Assembly (NCBI GenBank): GCA_021772095.1
Contig: JADYXR010000001.1
Span: 10,786-74,785, forward strand
DNA: 64,000 bases
Source: Candidatus Obscuribacter sp.
Lineage (GTDB): Bacteria; Cyanobacteriota; Vampirovibrionia; Obscuribacterales; Obscuribacteraceae
Direction of reading: 5' to 3'
How positions within the stretch are numbered: position 1 is the stretch's first letter; each line of letters begins with the position of its first letter. The position numbers and the translations under genes are program-made. A model generated the notes under the pieces. It did not search any database and was not told the origin of the DNA. It was given only the letters and a program-made list of their open reading frames with translations. Shown here in pieces: positions 37,280 to 47,839 of this stretch.

Positions 37280-37719
37280 ACAGCGCGTTTAACGCGTAAT
37301 AGAACCGTGATCGCGGAGTCCGTCTCGCTTCACGTGTTTTGTCGTTTTCTGTCGCGCTTGAGATGAGAGGCAATTAATACATTAACCGGATCACGGAATC
37401 AATCAAACCCGCATAAGCAGCGCCTTCGTCTTCGACGATCGATCACTACCCCTAATTTCAAGTACGGCTGTTGATGAGATTGTTCACAGATCTGATGTAT
37501 GCACTTTCTCCCAAATCGAAACCTGATTGCGGACTCTCGGGTTGACAAGCGAAAAGAAGATCACAAGTTGAAAATCAAGTTCTCATGCCGTTTTTGCGCT
37601 AACATTCCAAGCAACGAATCCGACAACTTCAGTTGAAAGCCGCACCAAAGCCCGATTTTGGCGTGGGTTTCGCCTGGATTTTGCCGGCTCAATAACAAAA
37701 TTCAAGGAGGAGAAATCCT

Positions 37720-38277
37720 ATGCTGCACAGAACCTCAAGAGAGTACCGTCTCCAAAGAGAAAGACTCCATCGTGGTTTCCCAATGGGTTATGACCGTCCC
37801 CGCTACGAAACATTCGAAAGATCATATGACAAATCATATGAAAGACCGATGATCAATCGTGAATGGGAAAGCCATGTATCCTACAGCGCCCCAGAAACTG
37901 ACATTCTCGAACTCGACGATCGTTTCATCCTCGAAGTATCACTTCCAGGAGTAGTACTCGATGATGTTGAGTTGAAAGCCGAAAGCGGCTACCTGTGCTT
38001 GATGGCGAAAAGAACGCCAAACATGTTCGAGGAAAGAGCAACTTATTTGAGAAAAGAACTTCCTTCGCACTACCTCGTACGCGAATTCGAATTCGAAGAA
38101 GAAATCGCGATCGAAGAAATCGAAGCTCGTCTGGACCGCGGCATTCTGTTCATCAGCATTCCGAAAGAAGAAGCGGCTGTGAGAATTCCAGTGTCGCACG
38201 GAAGCATCGAGCAACACATGCTCGAAAGCACCACACGCATGCACAAGACCGAGTCCCGCAAGGTCTCAGTCAAATAA
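37720..38277 (+). CDS. Hsp20/alpha-crystallin small heat-shock protein
   Basis: AGGAGG RBS; TDILELDDRFILEVSLPGV...IEARLDRGILFISIPK. Confidence 0.9.
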   Translation: MLHRTSREYRLQRERLHRGFPMGYDRPRYETFERSYDKSYERPMINREWESHVSYSAPETDILELDDRFILEVSLPGVVLDDVELKAESGYLCLMAKRTPNMFEERATYLRKELPSHYLVREFEFEEEIAIEEIEARLDRGILFISIPKEEAAVRIPVSHGSIEQHMLESTTRMHKTESRKVSVK

Positions 38278-38304
38278 TCGATTTTCAGAAAACTTACTGA
38301 AGAC

Positions 38305-38332
38305 GAAAGGAGCTGCTTACGCGGCTCCTTTC
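38305..38332. terminator. Terminator-like hairpin between convergent genes
   Basis: GAAAGGAGCTGC-TTAC-GCGGCTCCTTTC. Confidence 0.7.
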
Positions 38333-38384
38333 TGTTGTGTATTCAGGTCTTGTACAATCAGCCGCTGTGTATTCAGCAGTGTGG

Positions 38385-39968
38385 TTAATCGGTCTTGTCG
38401 AGCGCGTTTAGCCGCGAGCGTCGATAACCGTACATGAAATAAATCGCCGCTCCGGCAGCCATCCAAACAAAAAATCGAATCCACGTGATGATCGGCAAAC
38501 TCAACATGAGAATGAAACAGAAAACAATGCCGAGTATTGGAACGGTCGGTACGAACGGGCATTTGAACGGACGATCTTGATCTTTGCTTGTTTTGCGTAA
38601 AACGATCACGCCACCACATACGATGATGAAAGCGGCCAACGTTCCAATGTTAGTAAGCTCCGCAGCTTGACCGATATCGATAAACAGCGATGCCAAACCA
38701 ACGAGCAGACCGGTGAGAACAGTGGGCACCATCGGTGTTTTGTATTTCGGATGCAATTTGCCAAAAATTTTCGGGAGTAAACCATCGCGCGCCATCGCCA
38801 TGAAGATACGCGGCTGACCGAGTTGGAAGACGAGCAGAACAGAAGTCATGCCTGCCAGGGCTCCGATACTGACTAGCGCGTGCGCCCAGCCTTGTCCGGT
38901 GGAAGCGAGCGCTGTGGCGACAGGCGCCGCGTCGTTGACGTATTGAGTGTACGGCATGATACCGGTGAGCACGAGCGAAACGCCGGCATAGAGAATCGTG
39001 CAGATGATCAGACTGCCGATCATGCCGATTGGCATGTCTTTCTGCGGATTCTTGGTTTCCTCGGCAGTGGAGCTCACCGCGTCGAATCCAATGAAACTGA
39101 AGAACACAATCGCGGCACCGCCCATGATACCGGCAAGTCCGCTGGGTGCAAATGGAACCCAGTTGTCCGGTTTGACGAAACCGGCACCGTAGATGATGAC
39201 AAAGAGAACAACGGCAACTTTGATGAACACGGCGACAGTGTTCACCATCGCGCTTTCGCTGATGCCCACAACCAGAACCCACGTCACTAAGGCAACGATA
39301 ACGAAGGCCGGAACGTTCATCGCGAACTGGTGCCCGAACAAAATCGGCAAGTCGGTACTCGAGTAAAACGCCCATTGAGGATTGTCTGCAGGCAGGCTGG
39401 ACAACCTTGTCAGCGCCGTGACGGTGTCTGAAGTGAGCCAGAGCGGGAGCTTGATGCCAAACAGCCCGTGAGCAAAATGCAGGAAGTGATCGGACCAGCT
39501 CACAGCCACTGCAATATTACCGACGGCATATTCGAGAATAAGGTCCCAGCCGATAATCCAGGCGATTAACTCGCCCAGGGAAGCGTATGCGAAGGTGTAG
39601 GCGGAACCGGATACGGGAATCATCGCGGCAAGTTCTGCGTAGCACATAGCGGCAAAACCACAGGCAATCGCTGCGATCAGGAAAGAAAGAACGATTGCCG
39701 GTCCCGCGCCTTCACGACCGAGGTCGGCGCCGAGAACGAAATTGATAAGCGGTGTTTCGATCCAGTTTCTCGCTGCCAGCGAGCCACTACCGGCGGCGGC
39801 AGTACCAGTCAGTGCAAATATGCCGGAACCGATCGTCGCCCCGACGCCAAACGCGACCAGGTCGCGCGCGGTGAGCGTCTTCTTCATTTGTCGTTCGGGT
39901 TCGTATGCCTCATCGATCAATAATCGAGGCGGCTTGGTTCTCATTACTTTCGATAGGAAATCGTTCAT
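38385..39968 (-). CDS. APC-family amino acid permease
   Basis: GVGATIGSGIF, CYAELAAMIPVSGSAYT, IIGWDLILEY, FFSFIGFDAVSSTAEE, RIFMAMARDGLLP. Confidence 0.95.
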   Translation of the reverse strand: MNDFLSKVMRTKPPRLLIDEAYEPERQMKKTLTARDLVAFGVGATIGSGIFALTGTAAAGSGSLAARNWIETPLINFVLGADLGREGAGPAIVLSFLIAAIACGFAAMCYAELAAMIPVSGSAYTFAYASLGELIAWIIGWDLILEYAVGNIAVAVSWSDHFLHFAHGLFGIKLPLWLTSDTVTALTRLSSLPADNPQWAFYSSTDLPILFGHQFAMNVPAFVIVALVTWVLVVGISESAMVNTVAVFIKVAVVLFVIIYGAGFVKPDNWVPFAPSGLAGIMGGAAIVFFSFIGFDAVSSTAEETKNPQKDMPIGMIGSLIICTILYAGVSLVLTGIMPYTQYVNDAAPVATALASTGQGWAHALVSIGALAGMTSVLLVFQLGQPRIFMAMARDGLLPKIFGKLHPKYKTPMVPTVLTGLLVGLASLFIDIGQAAELTNIGTLAAFIIVCGGVIVLRKTSKDQDRPFKCPFVPTVPILGIVFCFILMLSLPIITWIRFFVWMAAGAAIYFMYGYRRSRLNALDKTD

Positions 39969-40009
39969 TTCGCTCCATCCAAATCAATCGTCGGATAGTG
40001 ATGTGCCGA

Positions 40010-43000
40010 TCAACGCGCCGGCAGTCTCACAGTTCGGGTCGCCTTGTTTCCTGCTCTATCTACAACTTCAATCTCAATTTTCTTGGCACCTTTTTTAAGC
40101 AAAACATTAGACGCGAGAAGCTGCACCTCACGCTTGTCGGCCAAACTACCCACAACGGCTAACGCGCGCGGTTCTTCCGAATCAATCTGTATGGTCGCGT
40201 TAGAAATCGGAGACGTCACGTCTTTAGCGGAGACTTCGCATCTCAGCATTCGGTCCGCACTGACAGTGACTGTCGGCTCCGTGATTACCGGCTTCACCGT
40301 GTCGATCACTATGTAGCGATAACAGGTGATATCGGCTGGTTGCACCATATTCGATGGCGCATCTGAAAGTGTGAAACGTAAAATGTGATGACCTTCTTTC
40401 AAGGTATTCGCGGCGATGGTCCAGGTGAATTTATCTGAGAGATCGCCGTCAGCAGCCCGCTTTGCTTTCGCGGCTTCTTTGGCTGGAGCCTTTGCCGGTG
40501 CTGGTTTTTCGCCCTTCTTCGCAACCGGTTTCTTTACACTGTTTTTTTCGTCAGCTTTGCTCTTCTGGTCGGGCTTGGTTTTATCTTCAGGTTTTGTTTT
40601 ATCGCCTGGTTTGATCTCATCAGGCTTGGTTTTGTCCTCGGGCTTGCTATCACCGCCAGGCTTGTCGCCCTCGCCCGGACCCGGTTTATTATTCGCGTCG
40701 GGATTGGTTTTATCTTCCGGATACTTGTCTTCCTCCGGATCGTTGCGATCCTCTGGATTGATTTTTTCCTCGGGATTATTCTTCTCTTCCGGCTTATGCT
40801 TAGAATCAGGCTTAAACTTATCCTCGGGCTTCTTTCTGCCGTCCGGTCTGTTCTCGTCTTCGAGATTCACCCTTCGGTTGCGATACTGCTCGGCACCGGA
40901 TGTGGTGCCGCTTCGTCCAGGGACACTGTCGTCACGTTCAGTCGGTTTTTCAACTTCGGGTGGCTTCTCATTTTTTCCAGTTGGATTTTCAGGGTCAGAA
41001 TCTGATGGGCTGTCACGATCGGCTGGAGTCTCCCCGTCAGAGGCTTTGCTTTTATCGACCTCCGTGGTGATCGTATCCGCCTTTTTCTCGACCGTTGTGC
41101 TCTCGACTTTCGTTTGACCTGTTGTTGTTTTAGTCTTGTCGCTGTCTTTTTTCTCTGACTTGTCTTCAGCCTTGGCGTCTTTCTTCGAGGTTCTATCTGC
41201 GCGGATATCGCTCTTCAATGGAGCATATGTGCGTCCGTCATCACTGGAAAGGTCGACTGCAAGACTGAGACTATCGCCGTCCGGATCGGAGCCGACAACA
41301 ACCACTTCCTCAGTATCCGAGACGTAGCTGCCCGCACGCAACGATACGCTTGTGAAACGAGGTCGGCTGTTCGACGGCAGAAAAGTAACGGCAACGCGAC
41401 CAATCACACTATCGCGACCCTGTGGAAACACGCGTGGGCTGTCACCTTTCACGGAAGTATTCAACCAGCCGAGACGATATTGAAAATAACGGTCGTCCGG
41501 TGATTTGATTTGATAGCCTTCGGAAGTGGTAATCGCAGGCGTCCAGGCGGACCAGGTGGAGTCGGGGCGAACGGTCGCTCCCGTGCGCGTTTCGACGCTG
41601 ACTGACTTCTCGAGATCGGCACTAACTTCGTTGAAGGATCCATAGATGCGAAGCAGCGACCACTGAGACTGGCGAGCGCCGTCTTTGACAGGTGACGTGT
41701 AAGCAGCATTGTCGGTTTTGATGGAGAACTCGATGATAGACGGTAAGTTGCTGCTCACAGCATAAATATGATTGCCGCCATCCGACAATAAAGCGATTAC
41801 CGCTTCTTGATCCGTATGTTTGACGGGAACGAAAAAGGATTGACCAGTAAGCGGCTCTTCTTGAATCTGAGTGACATCGCCCTCGGCGTCACCAGCTAAG
41901 ACCGAGTCAGTGGGCTCATGATAGTAAAGCGTGTAGAACGCATCGCTGGTCGCCAGATCGTACGTTTCGCCCGACGGTGTAATTCTGAGCAAGCGTCCGG
42001 TACCAGCTGTGGTGATAAACAGATCACCTTTTTTGGTTCGGCAAACACCTGTCACCAGATGATCGTCTGAATGAAATTCGGCGCGCAGCTCTCCAGCTTT
42101 ACTGACGCTGTAGACATTGCCTTGTTCGCCGCAACCAACGTAAAGACGCCTGGACACGCGGTCATAGAACATGGAGAGCACATGTGCATCACCGGTGTCG
42201 ACCAGCACGCTAGCACCGCTGGCGGTGACTTTGTAAACGCGCCCTGTTCCTGCAACGCCTGCGTACAAAGTATCGTCATCGTCTACCGCCAGACATGTCA
42301 CCAGAGGTTCGGTTACTTTGGCAACGTCGGTTACGCTTGCACTCTTTTGACCGGCGGCGGCGTTGATTTTGACGATTCGTCCTTCAGGCGCTAAGGATGC
42401 GTAAACATTGCCTTTGGAATCAGCAACTATTGCAGGGATGGCAGCGCAGTTAAACTTGGCGATTTGTCCGACTTTTTGTTGGGCCGCCGACCATCTATAA
42501 ATTCGATTAGACGATCCAATATAAATTGCTCCGTTCGACCAGACCGCTGACCAGGCTCTTAGAGCGCCAGTGACAGGAGTAACGCTGTTCTCTTTGTAGC
42601 CCGGAAACATTCTGCCCCAGCTGTCGATAATGACACCATATTTGGTGCCGCCTTTAAAGGCGCCGTCATCAGTTTGACTCCAAACTTGAACTGGTCGAAT
42701 GTGCGTATCCTCTGTCGATGGTGACCACAGGCTCAATGTGTTGGCTTGAGCGCTCTTGTTGGCACCGGCTGCATTTGGATCGGCCGGAGTGGCAGATGAC
42801 GGGTCTCCAATTTTTGGTTTGCCGTCGGTTTTATTCAGCGAGTCAATTGCCTTCTGCGCCTGGGCCGTGACGTATGCGCCCATCGCAGCCTTGCCTGAAC
42901 CACCGGGGACGGCGAAGTAACTGGGCGCTTTTTCCATGAAGGGTTCTGGTCTTTTGACCGTCACAGCCAGAATATGAGTGCCTTCAACCAGAGCAGGGAT

Positions 43001-44917
43001 TTCTTTGTTGACGCGCCTTTCGCCATTTACGAGAGATGGACCGTGGGTATATCGGTTTGAAAAAAACAATTTATTCCAGTGACCTGGAGGGCTTTCCAAC
43101 ACTTCACCGTCTACATGGATAGACTGGTTCGGTAAAGCAAGAACAGCAAACAACCTGTCGCCGCGAGGCTTTTCCTGAAGACGCCTGACGATCTGCTCAA
43201 AACTATTAGTGGGCGGATCGACTAAATTCATTCGCTTGCGAAGATCCTCCAGTTGCGATCCACCGCTGACGCCAAGCGCCAATTCGCCATCCGGTGCGTC
43301 TCGCGGAATTGTCACTTCGATATTTTCGGTGTAACTTTCGCCGTTGTATGGTTCCAACAAACAATTCAACGTGACGTTCTCGCCAGGCTTCACCACAGGT
43401 CGATCGGTTGAAATTCTGACAATGCGTGTCAGATCACGCCCCGATTCCAGATTGATTTTGAGCCGCACGGCTTTCAGGTGCACCTTCTTATAACGATTGC
43501 TCAAAATTCGCGAAGTGATTGAGTGAATGTTGCCTGATACCGGGTCGGAGAAAAATGGACGGAAAATAGAACTTGCAGGAGCGCTGCCGGAGTTGTTGGT
43601 CAGGCAGTCAAAACGTTTGATACCTGGTTCGTCAGTGACTTCGACTTCCGTTTCGACGCGCGCCACATATGGTGCTGTTGATTGGTAGGTCGCATCCATC
43701 GCTGACATTGTGCAAGCGGCAACTAGATCCGGTGTGAGATCCTCGTGGTCGATTACCCTGGATGAAAACTTTTTGCGGATGTGACGGACGCCGTCAGTGA
43801 CTTCCACCGATACCGGCACCATCTTCGCCTGGGAACCGATGCGACCACCTATAGACCAGGGACGATCCGAGAAGATCGTGCCTAGCACCGCAATTGGTGA
43901 CGACAGTTTAAATGATATAGACAAGCTGGGAAGCACTTCGTGAACGTAAGCCGACGACATGGGAAAGTCCACGGAGCCTGCTTGAACGAAAGGATGTCCG
44001 AAGCCGATCACCTTGCCGCCGAAGTTGGCGGTCACGGTTCCAGTCGAAGCCGATTCGAAATCGCCGGTTGTGAGCAGCACTCCCATCGCGCTTCCTGGTT
44101 TCATCTGATTAGCTTCTTTGATGTCCTCGGCACTATGGCTGGTGTCAGATCCGCCGCCCGAGCCCTCGCTGACTGACAAACCGACCGATTCGAAGCGCCC
44201 GCGCAAATATTGCTGCGCACGGGAAGAGAAACCGCTGAGCGATACAGGCGACATCAGTGGCACCATATGTGGTGAAGCCGCACTGACCATCAGTTTTTTA
44301 AATCTACCCAAATCAGGGTTACCTGCCGACACCACTGACGGTGTCACTTCAAAACCAGGTTTTCGCAACGGGATTCGAGAACCAATCTCCGGCGCCTGTT
44401 CCGGCTTGGCCATGGCATCGAGCATATCTATGATCGGAGTGATGCCGGCGATTGGTTCAGTAGAGAAATCAAAACCGTATGAGACAGCGCCGACCAACTT
44501 ATCATCGATATAAATCGGACTGCCGGACATTCCGCGAATGACATTGTTCTTGCCCATAGCGGCGCCCGAGAGGCGCACAAGAATTGCGTCTCTGCCATTA
44601 TTGACACGCTTCATCACACCGATTACACGAAAATTAAAGCGTTCAATTTTCGTTCCATGAAACACACTCAAGCCGTAGCCTTCCATGCCGTTCTTCACTT
44701 CAGAAGCGCGCATGAATGTACCGGGTTTCAAAAATTTTCTGACGAATTCACTGTCATCGGGGTTGAAGTAAGCCGATTCGGTGGAAGCAGCTCGAGCTGG
44801 ATTGAGGGCTGCAAAAGACAGCAATAAAACAAAACCGAGTATTAGAATCCGCACAACCAGCAGATGCCTTATGAAAAAAGATACCAAATTTGCCGTTTGA
44901 AGCTTCAAACCAGGCAA
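40010..44917 (-). CDS. SpoIVB-like peptidase S55 domain fused to a beta-propeller-like region and a C-terminal Ig-like region
   Basis: Signal peptide; GMEGYGLSVFHG, GMSGSPIYIDDKLVGAVSYG, FGHPF; then repeated propeller-blade patterns (LAVDDDDTLYAGVAGTGRVYKV). Confidence 0.85.
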   Translation of the reverse strand: MPGLKLQTANLVSFFIRHLLVVRILILGFVLLLSFAALNPARAASTESAYFNPDDSEFVRKFLKPGTFMRASEVKNGMEGYGLSVFHGTKIERFNFRVIGVMKRVNNGRDAILVRLSGAAMGKNNVIRGMSGSPIYIDDKLVGAVSYGFDFSTEPIAGITPIIDMLDAMAKPEQAPEIGSRIPLRKPGFEVTPSVVSAGNPDLGRFKKLMVSAASPHMVPLMSPVSLSGFSSRAQQYLRGRFESVGLSVSEGSGGGSDTSHSAEDIKEANQMKPGSAMGVLLTTGDFESASTGTVTANFGGKVIGFGHPFVQAGSVDFPMSSAYVHEVLPSLSISFKLSSPIAVLGTIFSDRPWSIGGRIGSQAKMVPVSVEVTDGVRHIRKKFSSRVIDHEDLTPDLVAACTMSAMDATYQSTAPYVARVETEVEVTDEPGIKRFDCLTNNSGSAPASSIFRPFFSDPVSGNIHSITSRILSNRYKKVHLKAVRLKINLESGRDLTRIVRISTDRPVVKPGENVTLNCLLEPYNGESYTENIEVTIPRDAPDGELALGVSGGSQLEDLRKRMNLVDPPTNSFEQIVRRLQEKPRGDRLFAVLALPNQSIHVDGEVLESPPGHWNKLFFSNRYTHGPSLVNGERRVNKEIPALVEGTHILAVTVKRPEPFMEKAPSYFAVPGGSGKAAMGAYVTAQAQKAIDSLNKTDGKPKIGDPSSATPADPNAAGANKSAQANTLSLWSPSTEDTHIRPVQVWSQTDDGAFKGGTKYGVIIDSWGRMFPGYKENSVTPVTGALRAWSAVWSNGAIYIGSSNRIYRWSAAQQKVGQIAKFNCAAIPAIVADSKGNVYASLAPEGRIVKINAAAGQKSASVTDVAKVTEPLVTCLAVDDDDTLYAGVAGTGRVYKVTASGASVLVDTGDAHVLSMFYDRVSRRLYVGCGEQGNVYSVSKAGELRAEFHSDDHLVTGVCRTKKGDLFITTAGTGRLLRITPSGETYDLATSDAFYTLYYHEPTDSVLAGDAEGDVTQIQEEPLTGQSFFVPVKHTDQEAVIALLSDGGNHIYAVSSNLPSIIEFSIKTDNAAYTSPVKDGARQSQWSLLRIYGSFNEVSADLEKSVSVETRTGATVRPDSTWSAWTPAITTSEGYQIKSPDDRYFQYRLGWLNTSVKGDSPRVFPQGRDSVIGRVAVTFLPSNSRPRFTSVSLRAGSYVSDTEEVVVVGSDPDGDSLSLAVDLSSDDGRTYAPLKSDIRADRTSKKDAKAEDKSEKKDSDKTKTTTGQTKVESTTVEKKADTITTEVDKSKASDGETPADRDSPSDSDPENPTGKNEKPPEVEKPTERDDSVPGRSGTTSGAEQYRNRRVNLEDENRPDGRKKPEDKFKPDSKHKPEEKNNPEEKINPEDRNDPEEDKYPEDKTNPDANNKPGPGEGDKPGGDSKPEDKTKPDEIKPGDKTKPEDKTKPDQKSKADEKNSVKKPVAKKGEKPAPAKAPAKEAAKAKRAADGDLSDKFTWTIAANTLKEGHHILRFTLSDAPSNMVQPADITCYRYIVIDTVKPVITEPTVTVSADRMLRCEVSAKDVTSPISNATIQIDSEEPRALAVVGSLADKREVQLLASNVLLKKGAKKIEIEVVDRAGNKATRTVRLPAR
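40561..40840 (-). repeat. Hexapeptide-like [KN]P[ED][DE]K repeats within the S55 protein
   Basis: KPEDKFKPDSKHKPEEKNNPEEKINPEDR...KPEDKTKPDEIKPGDKTKPEDKTKPD. Confidence 0.75.
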
Positions 44918-45064
44918 GAGCCGGTTACAACGAAGCCACGCGCGGCGGGCTACTCATCCTAGCAGAGAACCCTTTCAAGGGAAAGCGCCCGGTTTTTGCT
45001 AAGATCATCGTCGTTTAAGAGCTTGGCAAGAAGAAGTTGTCGCTCGATCTGAGTTCCCTTTCTG

Positions 45065-45847
45065 GTGGTTGATAAAATGCAAATCGTGCTCGCCGTTTCA
45101 AAACACTCTATCCAAGCGCGCTTCGGTGTGTCCAGGCGTGGTCAAGAAAAAATGGCAAACAAAAAATTGACCGGTTTGACGCTTGCAGCCTTGCTGTTGA
45201 CGTCAACAATGGTTTCGTATCAACCGAAAGCTTTCGCGCAGGGTTCGCCGATACCTGGCGGTACAAGAACGGCACCAGCCGACAATTATTCCGCCCCGGC
45301 AAAACCAACAGCTCCACTGCCTGGTGGAAGTCCGGCAGCTTATGCGGCGGCACCGCCTGCTCATGCTCACGCAGCCACTCCAGGTGCGCCCGGCAAGCGC
45401 GACAGCATCTACAACTCGCTTCCTTTGAATGCCGAAGAAGCAAAAGTCCGCCTCGAGGACCTCAGCAATCGACTTGCAGTTTCTCGTCCAGACGATATGA
45501 AAGACGCCATCTATGCGCTTTCCGAGTGGTTGCAGGATTGCGCCGATGCGCACTGGAAAATGTTCAAAGCATTCGAGAAGATTGACTCAACCAAGGCGCA
45601 AGCCGCAAAGGAAAAGGATATCGCGCTCAAGTTCAGTGCTCTGAAGAACAAAGCAAAGCTGCTTAAAGCTGACTTGTTTATCAAACAAAACCGATATCCG
45701 GAAGCACTCGGGCCGTTGGTCGAAATCGTAACGACAGAACCGACAACGACAACCGGGCAAGAAGCTTATAAACGGCTGGTCGACATGGGATTCTCCGATT
45801 CGGTGAATAACGTCGAACTGGCTGAAAAAGGCACCGGCAAGCGCTAA
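45065..45847 (+). CDS. Hypothetical exported helical protein (start likely 45152)
   Basis: Signal peptide MANKKLTGLTLAALLL...AFA; helical C-domain with one TPR-like unit. Confidence 0.75.
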   Translation: MVDKMQIVLAVSKHSIQARFGVSRRGQEKMANKKLTGLTLAALLLTSTMVSYQPKAFAQGSPIPGGTRTAPADNYSAPAKPTAPLPGGSPAAYAAAPPAHAHAATPGAPGKRDSIYNSLPLNAEEAKVRLEDLSNRLAVSRPDDMKDAIYALSEWLQDCADAHWKMFKAFEKIDSTKAQAAKEKDIALKFSALKNKAKLLKADLFIKQNRYPEALGPLVEIVTTEPTTTTGQEAYKRLVDMGFSDSVNNVELAEKGTGKR

Positions 45848-45871
45848 ACGGACGGATAAATCATCACTTTC

Positions 45872-45903
45872 ACAGCCGGTGTTTTTCAAAAAACGCTGGC
45901 TGT
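45872..45903. terminator. Hairpin, possible terminator
   Basis: ACAGCCGGTGTTTTT / AAAAACGCTGGCTGT inverted repeat with G-U pairs. Confidence 0.5.
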
Positions 45904-45998
45904 AGCGTTTCTCTCGCCAAATTTCAGGAAAAACAGGGTTGTGCCCGAGCGTAAAAAGGGCTTAAATAATGAGAACGGTTTAAAATAAAACACTCGGG

Positions 45999-46781
45999 AT
46001 GAAAAACCAATCCAGCCAATCTTTCGGCAGATTGGCGAACAGGAGAAGACTGATAATGAAGATTCAACGCGGCAGCCTGGCTACCTCTATTCTTGTCGCT
46101 ATGGTGGCAGTCGGCGTAGCGCAGAGTTCCGCCAGTGCGGCGCCGTTCAAACTGGGCGTCGAAGAGCGCGGCTACATCCAGAATCCCAATGGGGGCGAAG
46201 CTGCCTACCCAATGCCGGAGATGGTGGGGCAACCTCTACAGGGTAATGCCGTTCAACATCAAGCTCCTAAGAAGAAACAACCGGCTCCTCCGAAGAAGCA
46301 GCCGTTCCAGGGACAGATCCAGCAATCGCAGCCAGCACAGCCTGTACAACGCCCGATGATGATAAACAGCGGAGTGCAGCAGAGCATTCAACTGCCGCCA
46401 GGCTTCATGGGTGCCTGGGTGGTTCAAGGATTGAGACAAGAAATTCAAGCACAAGAACAGTTTAGAGCTGCCATTCCGACCATCTTCCAGGGTCAAACTC
46501 AAGACGTCTGGACGATCTCCGGGAATCCGAACAGCGGTTACGCATTTGCCAATGAAGCCGGAGTGAGAACGGCAATTTTTGTCGACAAAGTACAGGGCGA
46601 CACCGCCTTCATCCGCTACCAGCATCCGATCAAGAACACGATGGCGCAAGAAGCAATCGTTATGCAGATAGCACCTGGTGGCGCCCAGTTCAAAGGTCTT
46701 GAACGAATCTCAATCGTCAAACAAGGCGAACCAAGCCCGCGTGCCAAAGTGACATATCAACTGATGGGCAGACGCAGATAA
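45999..46781 (+). CDS. Hypothetical exported protein
   Basis: Signal peptide, Q/P linker, beta-rich C-domain (LPPGFMGAWVVQG). Confidence 0.75.
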   Translation: MKNQSSQSFGRLANRRRLIMKIQRGSLATSILVAMVAVGVAQSSASAAPFKLGVEERGYIQNPNGGEAAYPMPEMVGQPLQGNAVQHQAPKKKQPAPPKKQPFQGQIQQSQPAQPVQRPMMINSGVQQSIQLPPGFMGAWVVQGLRQEIQAQEQFRAAIPTIFQGQTQDVWTISGNPNSGYAFANEAGVRTAIFVDKVQGDTAFIRYQHPIKNTMAQEAIVMQIAPGGAQFKGLERISIVKQGEPSPRAKVTYQLMGRRR

Positions 46782-46933
46782 GCTGGACGACAGTCGGCAA
46801 CAATTATTCTTTCCTGTGAACCACTGATCCAATCAGCGTTCTCGACTCGCTGAAATATTACTTACAGCGTTTTTTCAGCTCGAGCGCTTGTCTTCGGCTA
46901 TCATCTAGAATCCAGTTAAAATGTGAGATCGAA

Positions 46934-47803
46934 ATGCTGCACAGGAAAACACGTCGCAAACAGGGCGGAATGTCAAGATCGAAGGTTCTCTGCGCATTGC
47001 TGACAGCGCTGTTGCTGGTCGGCGCCAATGCCGCAGATGCCCGGGAAAAGCTCGACAACGATAACGTCGCAGGCGACCAATACTCAGACCCGCAGCTTCG
47101 TCCGGAAATCTTGCCTGGATCGGAAACGACTCTCCCCACTCGACCGGAAGAGGTAACGGAAAAGCTGCAACCGTCAGGGAGCGCAGCTCCACCCGTTCTC
47201 AAAGGTGCTGCCGACACAACGGCAATCAATTTAAACTCTCGAGCCGAGCTGCTCGCCGCTAATCCACTCAGTCGGTATCGTGGTGACAGCCTGGTTTTTT
47301 TCAAAGTACATATTAAAAACAGTGGTTCTACGCCGGTCCTGGTTCTGGGCCGCGACGCTCAGTTTGTCACCCCATCAGCGACCGTGAAAACGATTCGGGC
47401 TGCCACCCTGGAAAACCACGACAACGTCCTGCTGACGCCCAAGGAAAAGGTCCTGGTCGGTGCCGTGGGCATTGGAAGCGCTGGTCTGGCTAGCTCTATC
47501 TTTTACGAACACATGACCCCTTCCGAGAACAAACACCGCAGCCTCGGCATCGCACTGGGTCGCGACCGTGGTCGCCATGAGGTGGAATCGGAAAATCTCG
47601 GCACCAGGCTGGTGATGCCGGGCGACGAAACCAACGGCTGGCTTGCATTTGAAGACTCGGCCAATGTTCGGCAGCAAAATACATTAAGAGTACCGGTGAT
47701 GTTTCCGCCCTACAGTACGGTGTCTGCCAACCTGGCAGTGCCCGTAACCGCGGTCGGGGCCCCGCTTTCACCGCCTGACATGACGCCGGGCAACAAACAA
47801 TAG
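46934..47803 (+). CDS. Hypothetical exported protein
   Basis: Signal peptide; Ig-like pattern FKVHIKNSGSTPV...VMPGDETNGWLAF. Confidence 0.75.
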   Translation: MLHRKTRRKQGGMSRSKVLCALLTALLLVGANAADAREKLDNDNVAGDQYSDPQLRPEILPGSETTLPTRPEEVTEKLQPSGSAAPPVLKGAADTTAINLNSRAELLAANPLSRYRGDSLVFFKVHIKNSGSTPVLVLGRDAQFVTPSATVKTIRAATLENHDNVLLTPKEKVLVGAVGIGSAGLASSIFYEHMTPSENKHRSLGIALGRDRGRHEVESENLGTRLVMPGDETNGWLAFEDSANVRQQNTLRVPVMFPPYSTVSANLAVPVTAVGAPLSPPDMTPGNKQ

Positions 47804-47839
47804 TGGTTTGATACAATTTGGGACTCTCTTCGTTCGACC

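Noticed and set aside
37280..37720. CIRCE element or RNA thermometer upstream of hsp20
   Set aside because: No TTAGCACTC-N9-GAGTGCTAA; only a 4-bp AGGA/TCCT pairing over the RBS, too weak to call.
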